DNA of 52,407 bases, filler included, from Dirinaria sp. TL-2023a (GCA_051941275.1; 3 parts of 3 records of this genome joined end to end with filler, not necessarily neighbours in it); one strand, 5' to 3'; positions 1 through 13,192 are shown, counted from the whole stretch's first letter. Notes: generated by a model from the sequence alone, not told the origin. A program made the numbers and translations.

Positions 1-190
1 TCATATTACTGTGATTCCAATCGCTAGACGACAGCCTGCTCCTTAACCCCAGTTTTACGAAATCCTACCTAAGCAGCGAGTTCATTCGTAAAGTAGGGTA
101 TACATAGATAGATCCCCCTTCCCCCCTGCCCCAAATGCCAATGAAACCCATTTGCGTAGCCTCAACCTGAGAACACACGACCCTCGTCTG

Positions 191-2416
191 TCACGAGCTC
201 GCAGGATTCCAATCGCTGCACCAGATAAACGTGTGGCACCTCCACTGCGTATTGCTCTCCTTGGCGCCCGAAGGCCCCAGCGGCCGCGCACACATCCAGA
301 ACGAGCGCCCGCAGTTGATGCCGCTCTTCTTCGTCAGCAGGGTGATGCACGGCTCGTCGTGGCCCTCGCAGCGCGGGGCGACGGGTTTCGTGAACAGCTT
401 CGACCAGGACTCCTTCGATGCTATGGGGTCGTGGATGGGCGGCGACTCGGTCTTGGCTGCTGCTGCTGCCGCGCTCTTGTTGGCGGCTGCCGAAGGAGAT
501 GTTGTCGTGTGGGAAGGGGGAGGAGCATCGCTCTTCCCGGCTTGAGAGCTTCGAGCTATTGGGCTTGTTGTGGTAGTAGCAGCGGCTGGAATAGCTGGGG
601 AAAGCTCCGCAACGAGCTCGTCCATCGGCCTTTCGAGTATTGGCGCAGCTGGTTGCAGTTTCGGACTTACAGGGCCTCCGTTGTTGCTTTCCGCTCCTCG
701 CGTGGCGGCCTCTTCTATTACTGTGGGGCTGGCGTCGTTGCTTGTAGTGGCCTTGGGCTTAAAGAAGCCCTTTAAACTCTGCTGACCTTTGCCTGGCGCT
801 GGGGGCGCGGCAGCTGTAGAGGCGGACTTTGAGCGTTTTAGGGGCTTGTTCGAAGGAGTGTCTGCCGACGACCGCTTTTTGCCCGTGGACGCAGAAGGAG
901 CCGTCCCTACAGAAGACTCTCCGGTGGCGCTGAGGGGCGCGGTAGCAATCGTGTTTGGCTGCGAACTGGCCATTTCGACTTTGTCAGGTGCTGGAGATGT
1001 AGAAGACGGTTTGGCTGTCGTCACAGGATGCTCATCCGTGGTGGAGCGCTGGCGGGACAGCTTGCTGGTAAACATGTCACGTATACTTCTTCGACCGTCA
1101 AACTCAGGAATAAGCTTCCCAGAAAGAGGTAGAATGTCTTTTGTCAAGTACTGTCTTTGCCGTTGACCTTTGGAGAACATGCCTTCTGGGTTCATGTAAT
1201 CCAGCAAGTCCGCTTCTGCACCGTCCACAACAACCTTGTCCTTAATGACCGCATAGACCGGGCAATGATCAGATCCCTAGACTTATGTAAGTAGGCGCAG
1301 TTGTTGCAAGGCTGGCTGTTACTTACCATTAATCCCTCCTGTATGTTCGAGTCGGAGAACCACGCCCTCATATCCAAACTACATAATACGTAGTCAATCC
1401 TTGATCCGTGGTTGCCCGGTCGTGCATTGACCTTCTGTTCCCAACACGTGAACATCCCAGGCCGTGCTGGATGGAAGCCTCGACAGATATCCCACATGAC
1501 CGCCCTCTCCCTTCCTTCGTCTCTGGCCCCGAGCACTATTCCGCCCTGTAAGAGATGGTTGAAGAAGCGCCGACTGGGTGTAGAAATGTAATCGTCGACG
1601 GTCATCGCATTCTTTCGCATAGCAGCTTCCGGGTTGGCACTGTCCAGGGGCTCTCGCGAGATATTGAGATCTCCGGTCAAGATGACCCGTTTGCCCATCG
1701 CCACTAGATTTCGGACACGAGCGTCAAGGAGGTTGAGAAACCCCAACCGGAAATCGTCTCTTGATTCGTCCCTTGTCGCTGGGCTGTAGACTCCAAGAAG
1801 GACAAAGGCGGGGAATTCCAGAATCACACAACGGCCTTCGGAATCCAAGGTCCATGCATCCACTACAGAAGTGGCCATCTGCGCATTGGTGGGATATCCT
1901 CCAATCTGCTGCTCTTTGGGCTGATCCGCAAACGTCGTCGAGGAACTCGGTGGGCAAAGAACGCCAGTGATTCCTTCTTCGGCGCGAATTGGAGCGCATT
2001 TGGACTGTCTAGTATATATGACCACGCCGGAGTACCCTTGCGGGGCTCAGTAAGACATTCCAGTAGATTTGTGTACGCGCAAGCATACCTTTCTTGTGCC
2101 TTGGTAAGCTCCAGTAGCAGTCCCACCCTGGTACAAGTACCATGTCGTCGCTGAGGTCCTTGCGCTGTATCTTGGTTTCCTGGAAGACTACAATATCTGC
2201 TTCTAGAATATCGAACATAGCCGCAAAGGTGCGTTGATCGCGCCATGGTTGGTAGCCGAATGGGTTGCTGGCGATTATCAGCCCAGGTGATGGCCATTGC
2301 ACAACAGCAGAGATACAGACCGTATGCCATTGACTGCAAAACATTCAGCTGGGCAGCGATAATAACGAAATCAAGAGGCAAGACATACCATTCCAGGTCA
2401 CTATTCGAAACCCCAT
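191..2416 (-). CDS. APN2: Class II AP endonuclease 2 (ExoIII family) with PIP box and C-terminal GRF zinc finger; 5 exons, ~671 aa
   Basis: Exons 2416-2389, 2333-2321, 2267-2089, 2036-1327, 1276-191 join in frame. Motifs: TWNVNGIR, FQETK, GYSGV, GDLNISR, GSRIDYVL, GSDHCPV, PIP-like QQSLKGFF, and GRF finger CEGHDEPC...GRSFWMC...C. Confidence 0.95.
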
Positions 2417-2752
2417 GCTGGCAACCAGTCTTTTCGACGCTTCATGGTTCTCTACATGGACACGAAACGGAAGGATTTGTAAAAGAGCTCACTCAACACA
2501 GAGCGACCGAATGCGCGCCTGTTCCCTTCACGAAAACATGAAGTTAAAGGGGCGAGCTTCCTTCGAAAAGCTGCCTCAGTTTCTCTCACGCTCAGACTTG
2601 CCAAGCGTCTGAGCGCATCAATGCAATCGAAGAAGCGATCCGTGATTAGTCAGCCAGCCCATGTATGTCACTATCACGGCTTCCATTGCATCGATAGACT
2701 CCTGCAGACCTCGTCTCTACTTCACGTTTACTTCAGCCAATTCTCGAACAAC

Positions 2753-3558
2753 ATGCTCTCTCAACGCCTCCTTCAGCGCTCAGCGCAGTACGCTGTCCGC
2801 CAGTCCCGCCCGCCAGCCTTCCGCGGCCTCCTTCAGCAACGTTTCGCCAGTTCTGGCGGGCAGCCTCCACTCACTGGCGCAGCCGACAATGCCTTCAACA
2901 GAGAGCGTGCAGCGGTGAAGAAGCACGCAGCTGAATCCAGCGGTCAGTAATGTCTTCGGCTCGCGGGCCAGTCTCGGAACGAGATGTCTGCTGACTGTTC
3001 GTTAGACCTCTGGCGTAAAATCATATTATAGTTTGGACTCCCCGTTATCGAAGACCAATCCACCTTTCAGGGACTGACCTTCTTCAGTGTTTCAATCCCC
3101 GCGCTCATCCTAGCCACGATTAATGCGAGGAATTTGTGGGTCGAGCATTGGGAGCATGTAAAGCACAAGCCGCCGTTGGAGGAACGGATCTATTACCCCT
3201 ACCAAAACATAAGGACCAAAGCTTTCCCATGGGGCGATGGTGATCATGTAAGTCGTCCCACAATGATGCCTATTCGCCATTAAAAATACTAACATGAGCC
3301 ATTTTGCAGACTTTGTTGTGAGTAGCAATTCCTCTCCTGCCTTGCTGGCCCCTTCCCCTACCGATCAGTTCAAGCTGGGACTCGACGGCGCAAAAAGGAG
3401 CTCAAGAGGAGCACGCGTTGATGCAATCGTGAAAAACTCGGGCTCTGCATGTCAACAACATATCTGTGATGGGCGCGAGAGGATTTCTGCGTGGAATCAG
3501 GCTAACACCTCCGCATAGTTGGAACGACAAAGTGAACTACAAGCCCAAGGATGAGTAA
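2753..3558 (+). CDS. COX13: Cytochrome c oxidase subunit VIa, mitochondrial precursor; 5 exons, ~140 aa
   Basis: Exons 2753-2942, 3006-3030, 3088-3247, 3310-3317, 3519-3558. Arg-rich presequence, then NAFNRERAAVKKHA..DLWRKI, one TM helix, and [27 protein letters not shown], the COX6A signature. Confidence 0.93.
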
Positions 3559-3777
3559 GGGAGCAATAGTATTCGGTATTGTCGGTAGGGGTGCGAAGGT
3601 CGAGAGGCTAGGATGTCTACAGGTGGTAAAGTCGTTGAGTAGGTCATAAGCAAGGTAGATACTTTGTTGTGGATGACTTCACTATCCGTGGATGCTTCTT
3701 AATCCACCTTAGGCGGGCGATGTAGTGTATCGAGGAGAATCACAGGGAAGCGGAGCATCTGAACAGAAATTTGTTCC

Positions 3778-6372
3778 TCACATCTGCTCTTTTGCAGCTT
3801 TCTTGATGTCCAGATATTTCGCCGCACAGTCATTCGCTAGTACAGGATCACCATTTAGATGCATAATGGTGGCCTTCTTGGCCATCATCTCGCACTGGCC
3901 TTTAATGTCCTCCACCCTAGAGAACTCGTCAAACGAGCGATCAATAAATTCCAAAGCCTTCGTCAGTCGCTCCTTACGCTGCAGAGAGCTAGCATCCGCC
4001 TGCCCAGCCCGGCCCATGTGCGCATCTGCGAGGAAGGAGAAAGAGTGCGCTGCCAAGTTGCAGTCCTCGCACTCCAATACCTGTGGCATGATGCTTTCCA
4101 TCAGCTTCACAGCGGCTTCGAATTCTCTTAAGCTGATCAAGACGCAAGAAACTGCGCCTACTGCCTCCCACAGTGCCGGCAAGATACGGGCTTTATAAGC
4201 CATGCTTGCGGCGCGCAGAGCTACGGAGAAGCCTTTCTGTGGTGTGCCAGCTTTGTCCCAAATCCTCGCCTTCAACACCATTAGCTTGACTCGCTGGAAG
4301 ACATCTGCCTCTTGATCGCCGAGCTTCGTGGCCAGATCCTCGAGGCGATCCATCGCAGTCGGAAAATCTTGGCGTCGGATGATGAGATCGATTGCAAGGA
4401 TGGAAACGCTGAATGTCAAGTCCGAGTCGAGCTTCGTACCAGCGCGGAGTTGGGACAACACATGCTCCGCTGCCACGAGGCTGTCTCTAGTGTCCTGTTA
4501 GTAGAGATCGTAATGGTACTGGAATACATCTGACTTATGCAGGTGTCTCTGCAGCTTGAGTAAGCCCATGGAAGCTGTCCAGTACTGGTGGTGCTTAAGC
4601 GTCCGTATTGTCTCCTGATCGAGGTCTTCCATACGAGCCAACGCCTCTTCGTACCGGCCTCTCATGGCAAGCTGGCGAAGGTTTAGTATTGCAGACTGAT
4701 CCAGCACTGTCCAAAGTGGGAACGTACCAAATTGGCGCTCTTGCAGGTACAACGAACGATGTCCTCGAGAGGAGCTTTAACAGTGTGACATTGCAGAAAG
4801 AGATCTTCATACAAAGAGGCCTGGCAGCTAACACCTAATGCAGATTAATGGCGTGACTGTGGGCGTGCAGGATACAATCTCGATTCCTACCAAGCCTGCC
4901 GAAAATCGAAGATTGCATCGCCATCTGGCTGCCAACAACGTTGAGTATACGTTTCGTGACATTCAGGTGCGATGCTTTCGTTATGCACTCAAAGGCCGTA
5001 GGGATGCTTTCGCCCTGAGCATAGCCTCAAGAGCATCAGCATCACATAGCGTTGAAAACTGTAGAGAGGACTGCATACGCTAGTCAGTGCCAGCTTAGCT
5101 TCGCTCAGCAAAGTAGTGCTCAACAGACTCCACATGCTCGTTTCTTTGGCCTTTGTCTTGAGGAAAGCCAGTGCTTCCTTCTCTGTTCCAAGAACACCAC
5201 TCTTTCGTATCTCACCAATTTCTTCTGGATGCTCTTTGCCAAAGTGATAGAGCCAGCTAAGGCAGTAATTTAGGCATCCCATGTCATCGTTCTCTCTTGC
5301 TGTTGAGATGGCTTCCTGCATTGCAACAATCGCTTCGGAAAAACAGCCAAAGTCTGCTTGAAGAATGGCCAGGTTCAGAAGAGCATACTGGTAGAATGTA
5401 CGGTCCCGATGATGCATGGTGTAGTCGAAGTAGCGATGTAGATTGTCGAAGGACGAGGGATAGTCCCCAGCCTTCCATGCATCAAGAAAGCTAGCCAGCC
5501 ATTAGAGTCGTCATCAAGAAGCATGTTAGCCGGCACGTACGCTACGTAATGTGAGAGACTAGGCACCGTGACTCCTGACTCAACCATGGATCGAAAGTAG
5601 CCCTCCATGCCTTGCGGCATCCGATTACCGATCTCTAAGGCTTCATAAGTGATTTGCGAGAGAATATTTCCTTTTGCATCGGCTCACTTTGCATCTGGTC
5701 GACTTGAAATTCTAGCAGCTTCTCAACATCTTCCGTACTGACGCTGGAGGCCTCATGAGTCTGGGCCATAGAGCCACTATACGCGATATTCATAATACGT
5801 TGCGTGGACTTGGCGTCATCTTCCTGGAGGTTGATATCAATCGCTTTGGTCGCTCCATGATGCCTTCTCCTCCATAACGCCAGCGTTGGGTCGCGATAAG
5901 CCACGAAGCTCTTCCAAAGACTAACCCCATCGTGAAACTGTAGACGCGTAAATTCAAGCTGGGACCTCCTAACAAAAGCACCTAGTGGTGAAACCCGGGA
6001 CAAGCGTATACGTGGTAGTCCAGCGACGTTGTCTTCCTCGGTGCCTAGGTCGCCTTGGGGTCTTTGTAACAAGGAGGATAGATTATCAAAGAATACATGC
6101 AAAGCATCGAACGAATCGATCTCCCAAAGTTTGTTCAGGAGGAGATCCCAGACCGTTCTGCCAGGTATTCCAGAAGCATGGGTTATCGTAACCTGCTGTA
6201 GGGCATCGATTGAGGCCGAAACGCTGCGAGATAAAGTGGAAGTGGAAGGCAATACGTGAGAGACAAGGAAAGAGAGAATAGGAATGGTAGCAGCAGAGGG
6301 TATTACGGAGTCCGTATACAATCTTATCAGGGCCAGCAGACCAACCTTGGAGGGCGTGAGGTAGCGTGACAT
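3778..6372 (-). CDS. APC5: Anaphase-promoting complex subunit 5 (TPR-like); 7 exons
   Basis: Exons 6372-5688, 5634-5541, 5490-5079, 5014-4891, 4834-4728, 4671-4535, 4486-3778. Start MSRYLTPSKVGLLALIRLY, SPLGAFVRR..LEFTRLQF, and Apc5 domain FLDAWKAGDY...YQYALLNLAILQADFG..EA..AMQEAISTARENDD.CLNYCLSW. Confidence 0.9.
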
Positions 6373-6679
6373 CCTTAGGAACCCCTTACGCGGACAATTC
6401 GCTCCTCAGATCGAGGACAGGCACATCGATCTGGTTTATACCCAATTCGTCAGAGCATCATTGCTTGTCTAGCCGCTGATAGATTTAAGTCTCATCCATA
6501 AGGTTCTCTTGTCGGCTGTTACGTGACGCGGATGTGCAATGTTCAAGTATCATATTTAGTTACCGCATGATAGATCACATGCAAAACTATACACAGTCAA
6601 GAGGCTTGAATTGGCAATGCTGCCGTTTACAGATATTCTAGCTGCATGTTCGCAAATGTCAACATTACGGTCCTGATCA

Positions 6680-7520
6680 TTATCTCAATGCATCTTCCAC
6701 TTTCGCTTCCATGCTCCTTTTTGATTGGGGAGCCGATTCTATGCCCCCGTGCTCTAACGCGCTATCATCAAGTCCGTTCGTAGCCCATACTTTACTGATG
6801 GCCAGATCGTATGGGCCTGGCACTCGATCGGTCAAGCCTATACCCACTGTCCTGACCTTTTCGGTTGGCAACTCCGTCTGCGGTTCCACCACCTGACCAT
6901 AATTCGTGCGAACAAAATCTCTCCACTTGATGAGCACGGTTTCCCACTCTCCAGGCCGCCGCGTGTAAAGCCGATGTTGGTGAATGTCTGTGTACACAAG
7001 TGTCTCACTTTGCACATTGACAAAGTATTTTCTCCCATCCGATTTGACCCGCAACGCAAGAAATGCGTACGGGTCCATGTTCCAAAGGCTTTTTCCGAAT
7101 ATACTAGCAGGCCTGTCACGGTTTCGCCACGCTGCATAGCCAGTGCGCTGCACCTCGGGCCTATTACGTGGTAGATCGAGGGAAATGTTTCCGTGAAAGC
7201 GTGCGTGAGCAGGTTCGACGGTGGTTGCAGGGACGTGCTCCAAGGAGACCGTAGAGAAGCCACCCAGGTCGCCATCGGACATGGTTTTACACGAAGGAAT
7301 AGTATCGGGAGCCGTGAAATCGAGGAGTTGGTAGGGACCCGTCGGGGCCTTGATGCCTTCCATACTCACAACTGTGGTGCGCTTATGGTAAGCAACCACG
7401 ACATGTAGAGGGCAACTCGAGGACGCCGGCGAAACACATACCCATGTTACTCCACCGCTTGAGTTCCTCGATGCTTCGCTTCATCATGCCTGGCGCAAGC
7501 AAGCCCGCCGAGGGTCGCAT
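6680..7520 (-). CDS. CIA30: Complex I intermediate-associated protein 30 (NDUFAF1/CIA30 family); 2 exons
   Basis: Exons 7520-7442 and 7371-6680. Motifs MSDGDLGGFS, FHGNISLDLP, RTGYAAWR, LALRVKSDGRKYFVNVQ, HQHRLY, GEWETVLIKWRDFVRTNYG. N-terminus resembles a mitochondrial presequence. Confidence 0.92.
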
Positions 7521-8348
7521 GCTGCTGGTTTGCTTCGAGGAGGAGAGACCCAATTGAATTTGGAGGAAGCTTGAACGTCGCTATTTGATCGGTCCAAGAA
7601 TAGATCGAAGCATTCATGAACCGCTAGACTGTACCTCCCTGGTAGCAAAGTCGTTGGTCAGGCTTCCGACTCCGAGACTGCGACATTGAAAAAGTCTTGA
7701 CGTAAGGGTAGCTTCTGCCAGGCCGCGGTTACAGCAGCAATGTGGACGTGGATTTTGAGCCAGACTGATGGACAGCGTAGAAGTAATATGAGGCCATCGA
7801 CCTTCCACCTACCCTCGGTATCTTAACTCTACCGAGGGTACTCGGTATGCATCTTAAGGTAAAAGCAGAGCGACTGTTCAGCCCTGATATAACCCTATAT
7901 AGCCCACGATGAACTGATACCTGTACAGGACCTACCTTATGGTTGTGGGACTATCGCTGAAGTCATGCCCGCAGGAACTCCAGTATTACTACAGCACTGA
8001 GATGAGGTTTATATGCAAGTCTTTTTTTGTGTATTCACTTTATTTAATTGATGCAATTGACGAAGATGAAATGGTAAACCTCTGACGTTGAGACGCCATG
8101 ATGCATGCTATGCTTCCCACAAGAATTATGATCCTGTATAAGGGTATCAATATGCCAACTAACAGCGTCTCCAATGCCGCCATGTTGCTAAGTTTCTGCT
8201 ATATAATAGATCTGCTGAATACTGCGCGGTGTTGTAGCTTTACCCTTTTTTTGGGTAAAACCATGGGTCTAATGCTTCTAGGTACGGAAAATAGGGTATA
8301 TCATATTCAAAATCATGATCATCCAGACATGCACGTATGTCATCCGCC

Positions 8349-11300
8349 TCACAGGCATGATTTTCGAGCTCCAAACAATGTCAGGCTGAGACTGGTATCG
8401 TTCTCACCCATTACGGGTGTCGCGTCCTGCATCATCTCCCATCTACGCAATGGGAAAGATTGGGGTGTCGTTATAGAAGTCGGTGCATTCTCACTAGCCT
8501 TCGCTCCACTCCCGATGGAAGTGCCAGTGGATAACTGTAACCACTGATCATAGACGTCGTCAGGGTGACCAACTACGAAATATAATTGTGGGTCCGAGAC
8601 GTGGTGATGATCGCGCAGTGTGCGGACACAGCGACCACGGGTCTCCTCGCTTAAGGAGTCGGAGAAAAGTGCAATGAGATCGATCGTATAGGCGGCTAGC
8701 GATGCTCGGTCGCGAAAGAACGGGCTTGTTGATAGCAGGCTCAAGGATATCACAAGTTCATATAGAGCCGGTTGGGAGAATTCGGGGCGTTGCGGAGTAC
8801 ACTGCTGAACGGCAAGCAGGCGCAGCAGTACGTGTACACTAAGAATATCAGCTATCATCGCTAGAACGAGAAGGCGACGCGCAATGTTACCTAAAAGTTT
8901 CTTCGTGTAGAGGTATAGCACCGTCAACTTCGTTGATTAGTTCTCGCGAAGAGTACTGCGAAGGGAGGACACCGTTCAATTTCTCAGTAATTTCGCCTAT
9001 GGGAAAAGCAGCTGTGTCTAGAGGTCCAATGGTAGTCGCTTCTACAATTGATAGAAGCGTTTCGGCCAATTCTTTACTATCGCTGGTGAGTGCCTTCCCT
9101 TCACATAGGATGCCGGCTAGGATTTCATTCTCTGCATAGTGGCGCAACTGTAGCCATATTAGCTCCACTACAACCTCGGATCTTGAGGACTTGATTACCA
9201 CAGAGCTCTGATCGGCTACAAGTCCGGACACCAGGGCTGGCCACAATGACTTCGACGCTTGTTTGCACATGGACACCTCCTCTACCATTACTGAGTGTAA
9301 GGCGCCTATTGGGTCGGTCTCATTGTTTGTGGATTCTGAAAGCAGTGCCTGGAGCCGCGCCTGGCAGAATGGCATGTTGAAATCATTAACGGTGGCTAGT
9401 AGTAAGGCAAGCTCATGCCTGAGACTTCCTGAGGAAGAGTCTGGTGAAATTAGCAAGCGCTGAATGAGTGGGACATAGTAGCTCACCACGGTCACTGATT
9501 ATTGGGCTCAATTCGTCCCAGAGCTCGGAAGCTCCTAATGATCTGCTCAGCTCATTGAAGACTGGCAAGTTGTAGACAGCAAGATCGTTCACTAGATTCC
9601 GCAGCTCCTGACGATGGTCGGATGTGTGATGAGGCCTTGCGCGCTTTGCACCAATCGAATGGGTATCGAACACGGTTTGAAGACACGGAGCCACCAGGCC
9701 TGGACGCCGTCTCAGTGTACGCTCGTATTGCAGCCGAGGACGATAGCCTCTCTAAGACATTATTAGTGAACAGTAAGAGGAGGAGCTGAGTGACCGTACC
9801 GCAACAGCCCTGAGCGCCTTATCAGCGCTAATCGAAGCCAGTAATCCAATAACATTGGTAGCAAGTATTATTCGACGGTCTGCTGCGGTCAGGCTTTTCA
9901 GGGCCTTAGTCGTCGTATCAAGGAGCCCGCTCAATGCTAGACAGCCCGCGCAAATGAGCGGTAATAGAGTCTTTACAGGTGTAAAGCCTGTGAAGTCCTG
10001 CAGGACACGGCCAATCCAATCATGCATCAGTCCGTCGAAAGTTGCTCGACCGTACCGCCGCAATCGACCTAGCAGCTCAATAAATACAGCTGGCGGTTGC
10101 GTTGGCTCAGACCAGGACGTTTCCAGACGCGTTGTAATCGAAGTGAACAATTTTGTTAACATCCGCTTGTCGATACTGGTGCTAGTTGCGAGTATTTGCT
10201 CTAAATCGTCTCCCAAGCTTGATTCTGCACATTGCGAAGCTTCTACCATAGTGTCTGAGATAGGAGAGCACGCAATTATAGACGAGGCTTGCTGGTACAA
10301 GAGCGCTTGCTGTCTCAATCTGGTGGTGTCCTTTGCTGCAGCTGGGATACATTTGCCCAAGTCGATAAGTGAGTCCACGAAGGACTGGTCGACGGGCTTG
10401 GAATTGCGAATGCTGTCGTATTGTTGCATAAGATTGCGAAAGAGGCTGTTATGAGCTCCAATTGCAGCAAAAATGCCGAAGTGGTAGCTTACTGTGTTAC
10501 ACACGGCAGTGAGCACAGAAACATCCTCGCTTTCAGAAACGATGTTGAGGACATCTGCAAGTATAGCAAAATCTCCAAAATCTTCCAGAATGTTTCGTAT
10601 CTCCAGGAACTGATTCAACGTTATGGATGTGCAAGGGACATGCTCAGCTATGTTTGTGTTTCCGACTTCCGGGTTGGCGCTGGCGGTCTCTTTGGTCTCC
10701 TTGGGCTTGCCAGAACCAAATTGGGCAGCCACAGCTTGCCTGACGGAACTAGTAACTGTGAACTTGATTGCAATGCTGAATTCTGCCGGATGCAGGGAAT
10801 GAGTCGAAAATGTCGAAGAAGTTTCAGGTGGAGAAAAGAAGCCGGGAATCTTGCGTGCAATCTCTGCTTTAAGCGAAGCTACCGCATGGTCTTCATCTTT
10901 CGTCGACACCCCTATCTTTGATAAAAGAATCCGTCTCAGGTTCAGAATATGCAAGGGCATGCCTTGTATAGGCATCTCGGAAAGGTATTGAGCATCGACA
11001 GGAGCACCCTGGAGACGTTAGTCGGACGTGAGCAATATCCCAAAGAATGCCCAAGTACCTGGTTCGAACCCATACGCTCATGCAGTCTCCCTCGAGCCAT
11101 TAGCCAAGACAAAAATCGGCCTGCTGACAGGTGCTTCGAGCGAAGCAGTTCTGCAACTACTCTGTAAACCGCCGCCACGGACAAGCCTGGTAGCGTTGGC
11201 ATTGAACCAAGGAATCTCATGATCGATTCATCCAGCCCTGCCTGAAGAGCACTACATTGACGCAGTAACCGTGCGATCATATAGATTCTTGCCTCACCAT

Positions 11301-13192
11301 TCCTATGAATGCTCGCACTCCACTCGAAGCAAGTCGCTACAAGTAAATCAAAGTCGTCCGTTGTCTTCAGACATTCTTTTGAGAGCTTGACAAAATTACC
11401 ATCCACTGGCATAGTGTCTAGGAGATGGACAAGCCGTTTCCGAGGCGTGTTGAGCCGTTCCCAAGTATCTTCTCTTGAGGCACTCATGAAACGTGTGTTC
11501 CTCTCTGAGATCCGCTCGAAGCAGGCCAAAATATCTGCATCTGCTTCCCCTAGTCCCAAGCGCATAGTAGTTTCGTATTTGCCCCAAACCCTAGGCAGGA
11601 AGAAGCAATCTGGAGCACTAGTAATCATTGATATCAACACTCGCATGAGTGCCTGTATGACTGGACCATAGACTTCAGGATTTTGGGTCTCGCTCGCCTG
11701 TGCGCATACGGTCATTTACTGTCCAGTCAGTATGGATGCACGGATATAGCTTACCTTGCGCAACTGCTCCAAAAGGGCCTTTGCCAGACATTTACCACGT
11801 CTCCGTTGCCCAGTCAACTCATCAAATTGAAGTTGCATTATGAGTAACCACATGGGAAGATTCTCCAGGTCAGTGTCTTGCAATGATGTGAGAATCCAGC
11901 TCAGATAATGTTCTTGGTCGAGCAAGTGCTCCGAGATCAAGTGCGTGGTGAACCGCAATCTATTGGTGGGCTTAGCATGCATCTTCAAGATCTTAAAAGA
12001 ATATGTTACCCATAGTCGATGTGCGTCCTCCAATCACTACTGCCACAAGAGCTGATGATATGCTCGATAAATTGCTCGACATTTGATGTCCAGTCTTTAA
12101 TCCACTTGGACTCGCCGCCTATGGCAAAAGCGCCCCCAGCCCCCTTTCTCTTGAACGCGCGGATCTCGTTCGCCCCAACACATTTTGCCAACCATACCGC
12201 TCTAGGAATCGGAACCTTTTTTTCTAGACACTGATCCAAGAGCACTTTACCTCGAATTCCGTGTGGAATCGTCCGGCTCAAACGGCGGAGCGGAATATCC
12301 GGATTTGCAAGATCTCGAAGCCAAATCTCTCGTTTCGTGTCTGTTAGCGTGACTCTTGGAGGAGGTTTGAACGTGCAACTGGCGCTGACTATGCCGTGAG
12401 ACTGCCGTTGGTCCAATACTGAGACGAACAATGATGACAAGATCTGTAAGCCTGACTTATGCTTTAAACTTGGCAAAAGAGTAGGCTTCGCGGAAGCAGA
12501 TTCATTCTGGGAAGGGCGAAGTTTGTCATAGGACCCGCTCGTCATCGTCGTTTCGTTGAGTATGTCCTCTGGATGGTGGCCAGTCCATGGGTGGAAGTCC
12601 GCTGATCCTACAGCGAGCCTTAGCAAGCACACCTTTAGCGCTTCATCTTGTTGGACTCACCACTGTGCTTGAGACGAGGCGCAAGTGAAGGTGATTCAGC
12701 GACATAGGGTTTGGTTGAGACTTGACCCCTTGAGGCAGCGCGATCAGTTGTACTCAGAGCTTCACTGCTGCTCAGTCTGCCCTGTGGCCTTTTCCCTGGC
12801 CGCATAGGTAATATAGGCGACTTTGATCCTTTCCTCCGAGCTTTGTCATTACCGTGCGCCAGACTGCCTTGTGACTGCATGCTGTCCTCGGAATGTTTGG
12901 GCGAGACATTGTTGACAGACGAATTAGCTTTCTGAACAGACGCATGAGCTGAGGGTTGACGAGGTAGACCTGAGCCTGTGTTGAGTGACCCATCGTTCAA
13001 TCTCTGCCGTTTGACTGCTGGTTGAGAAGCCTTGCTCGGAGTAGCCGCGAGAGTAGCGGACTCGTAGAGATTCTCCCGGGGGAAGGACCTCGGAGTCTGC
13101 TGGTAGAAAGGAAAAACGGCGGTATTGACTGGCTTGGCGAACGCCGGGTTGGCTGTTCGAAGCCATTGATTGCCGGAGGTATTGCTGGTCAT
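8349..13192 (-). CDS. SRB8: Mediator kinase-module subunit 12 (Med12/Srb8); 8 exons
   Basis: Exons 13192-12661, 12607-12010, 11959-11755, 11697-11059, 11008-9800, 9751-9487, 9440-9199, 9147-8891 plus terminal exon 8838-8349 (9 if the 51-nt in-frame intron 9198-9148 is spliced). Med12 domain ADFHPWTGHHPED...FKPPPRVTLTDTKREIWLRDLANP..PLRRLSRTIPHGIRGKVLLDQC....VP..RAVWLAKCVGANE. C-terminal F.LRRWEMMQDATP..GENDTSLSLTLFGARK. Confidence 0.92.

Noticed and set aside
152..1166. Plus-strand ORFs of 207, 104 and 125 aa
   Set aside because: Antisense shadows of the low-complexity APN2 C-terminal exon with no recognisable motifs.
8098..8547. 149-aa plus-strand ORF
   Set aside because: It overlaps the MED12 3' end antisense and runs through AT-rich UTR sequence; the composition is not protein-like.
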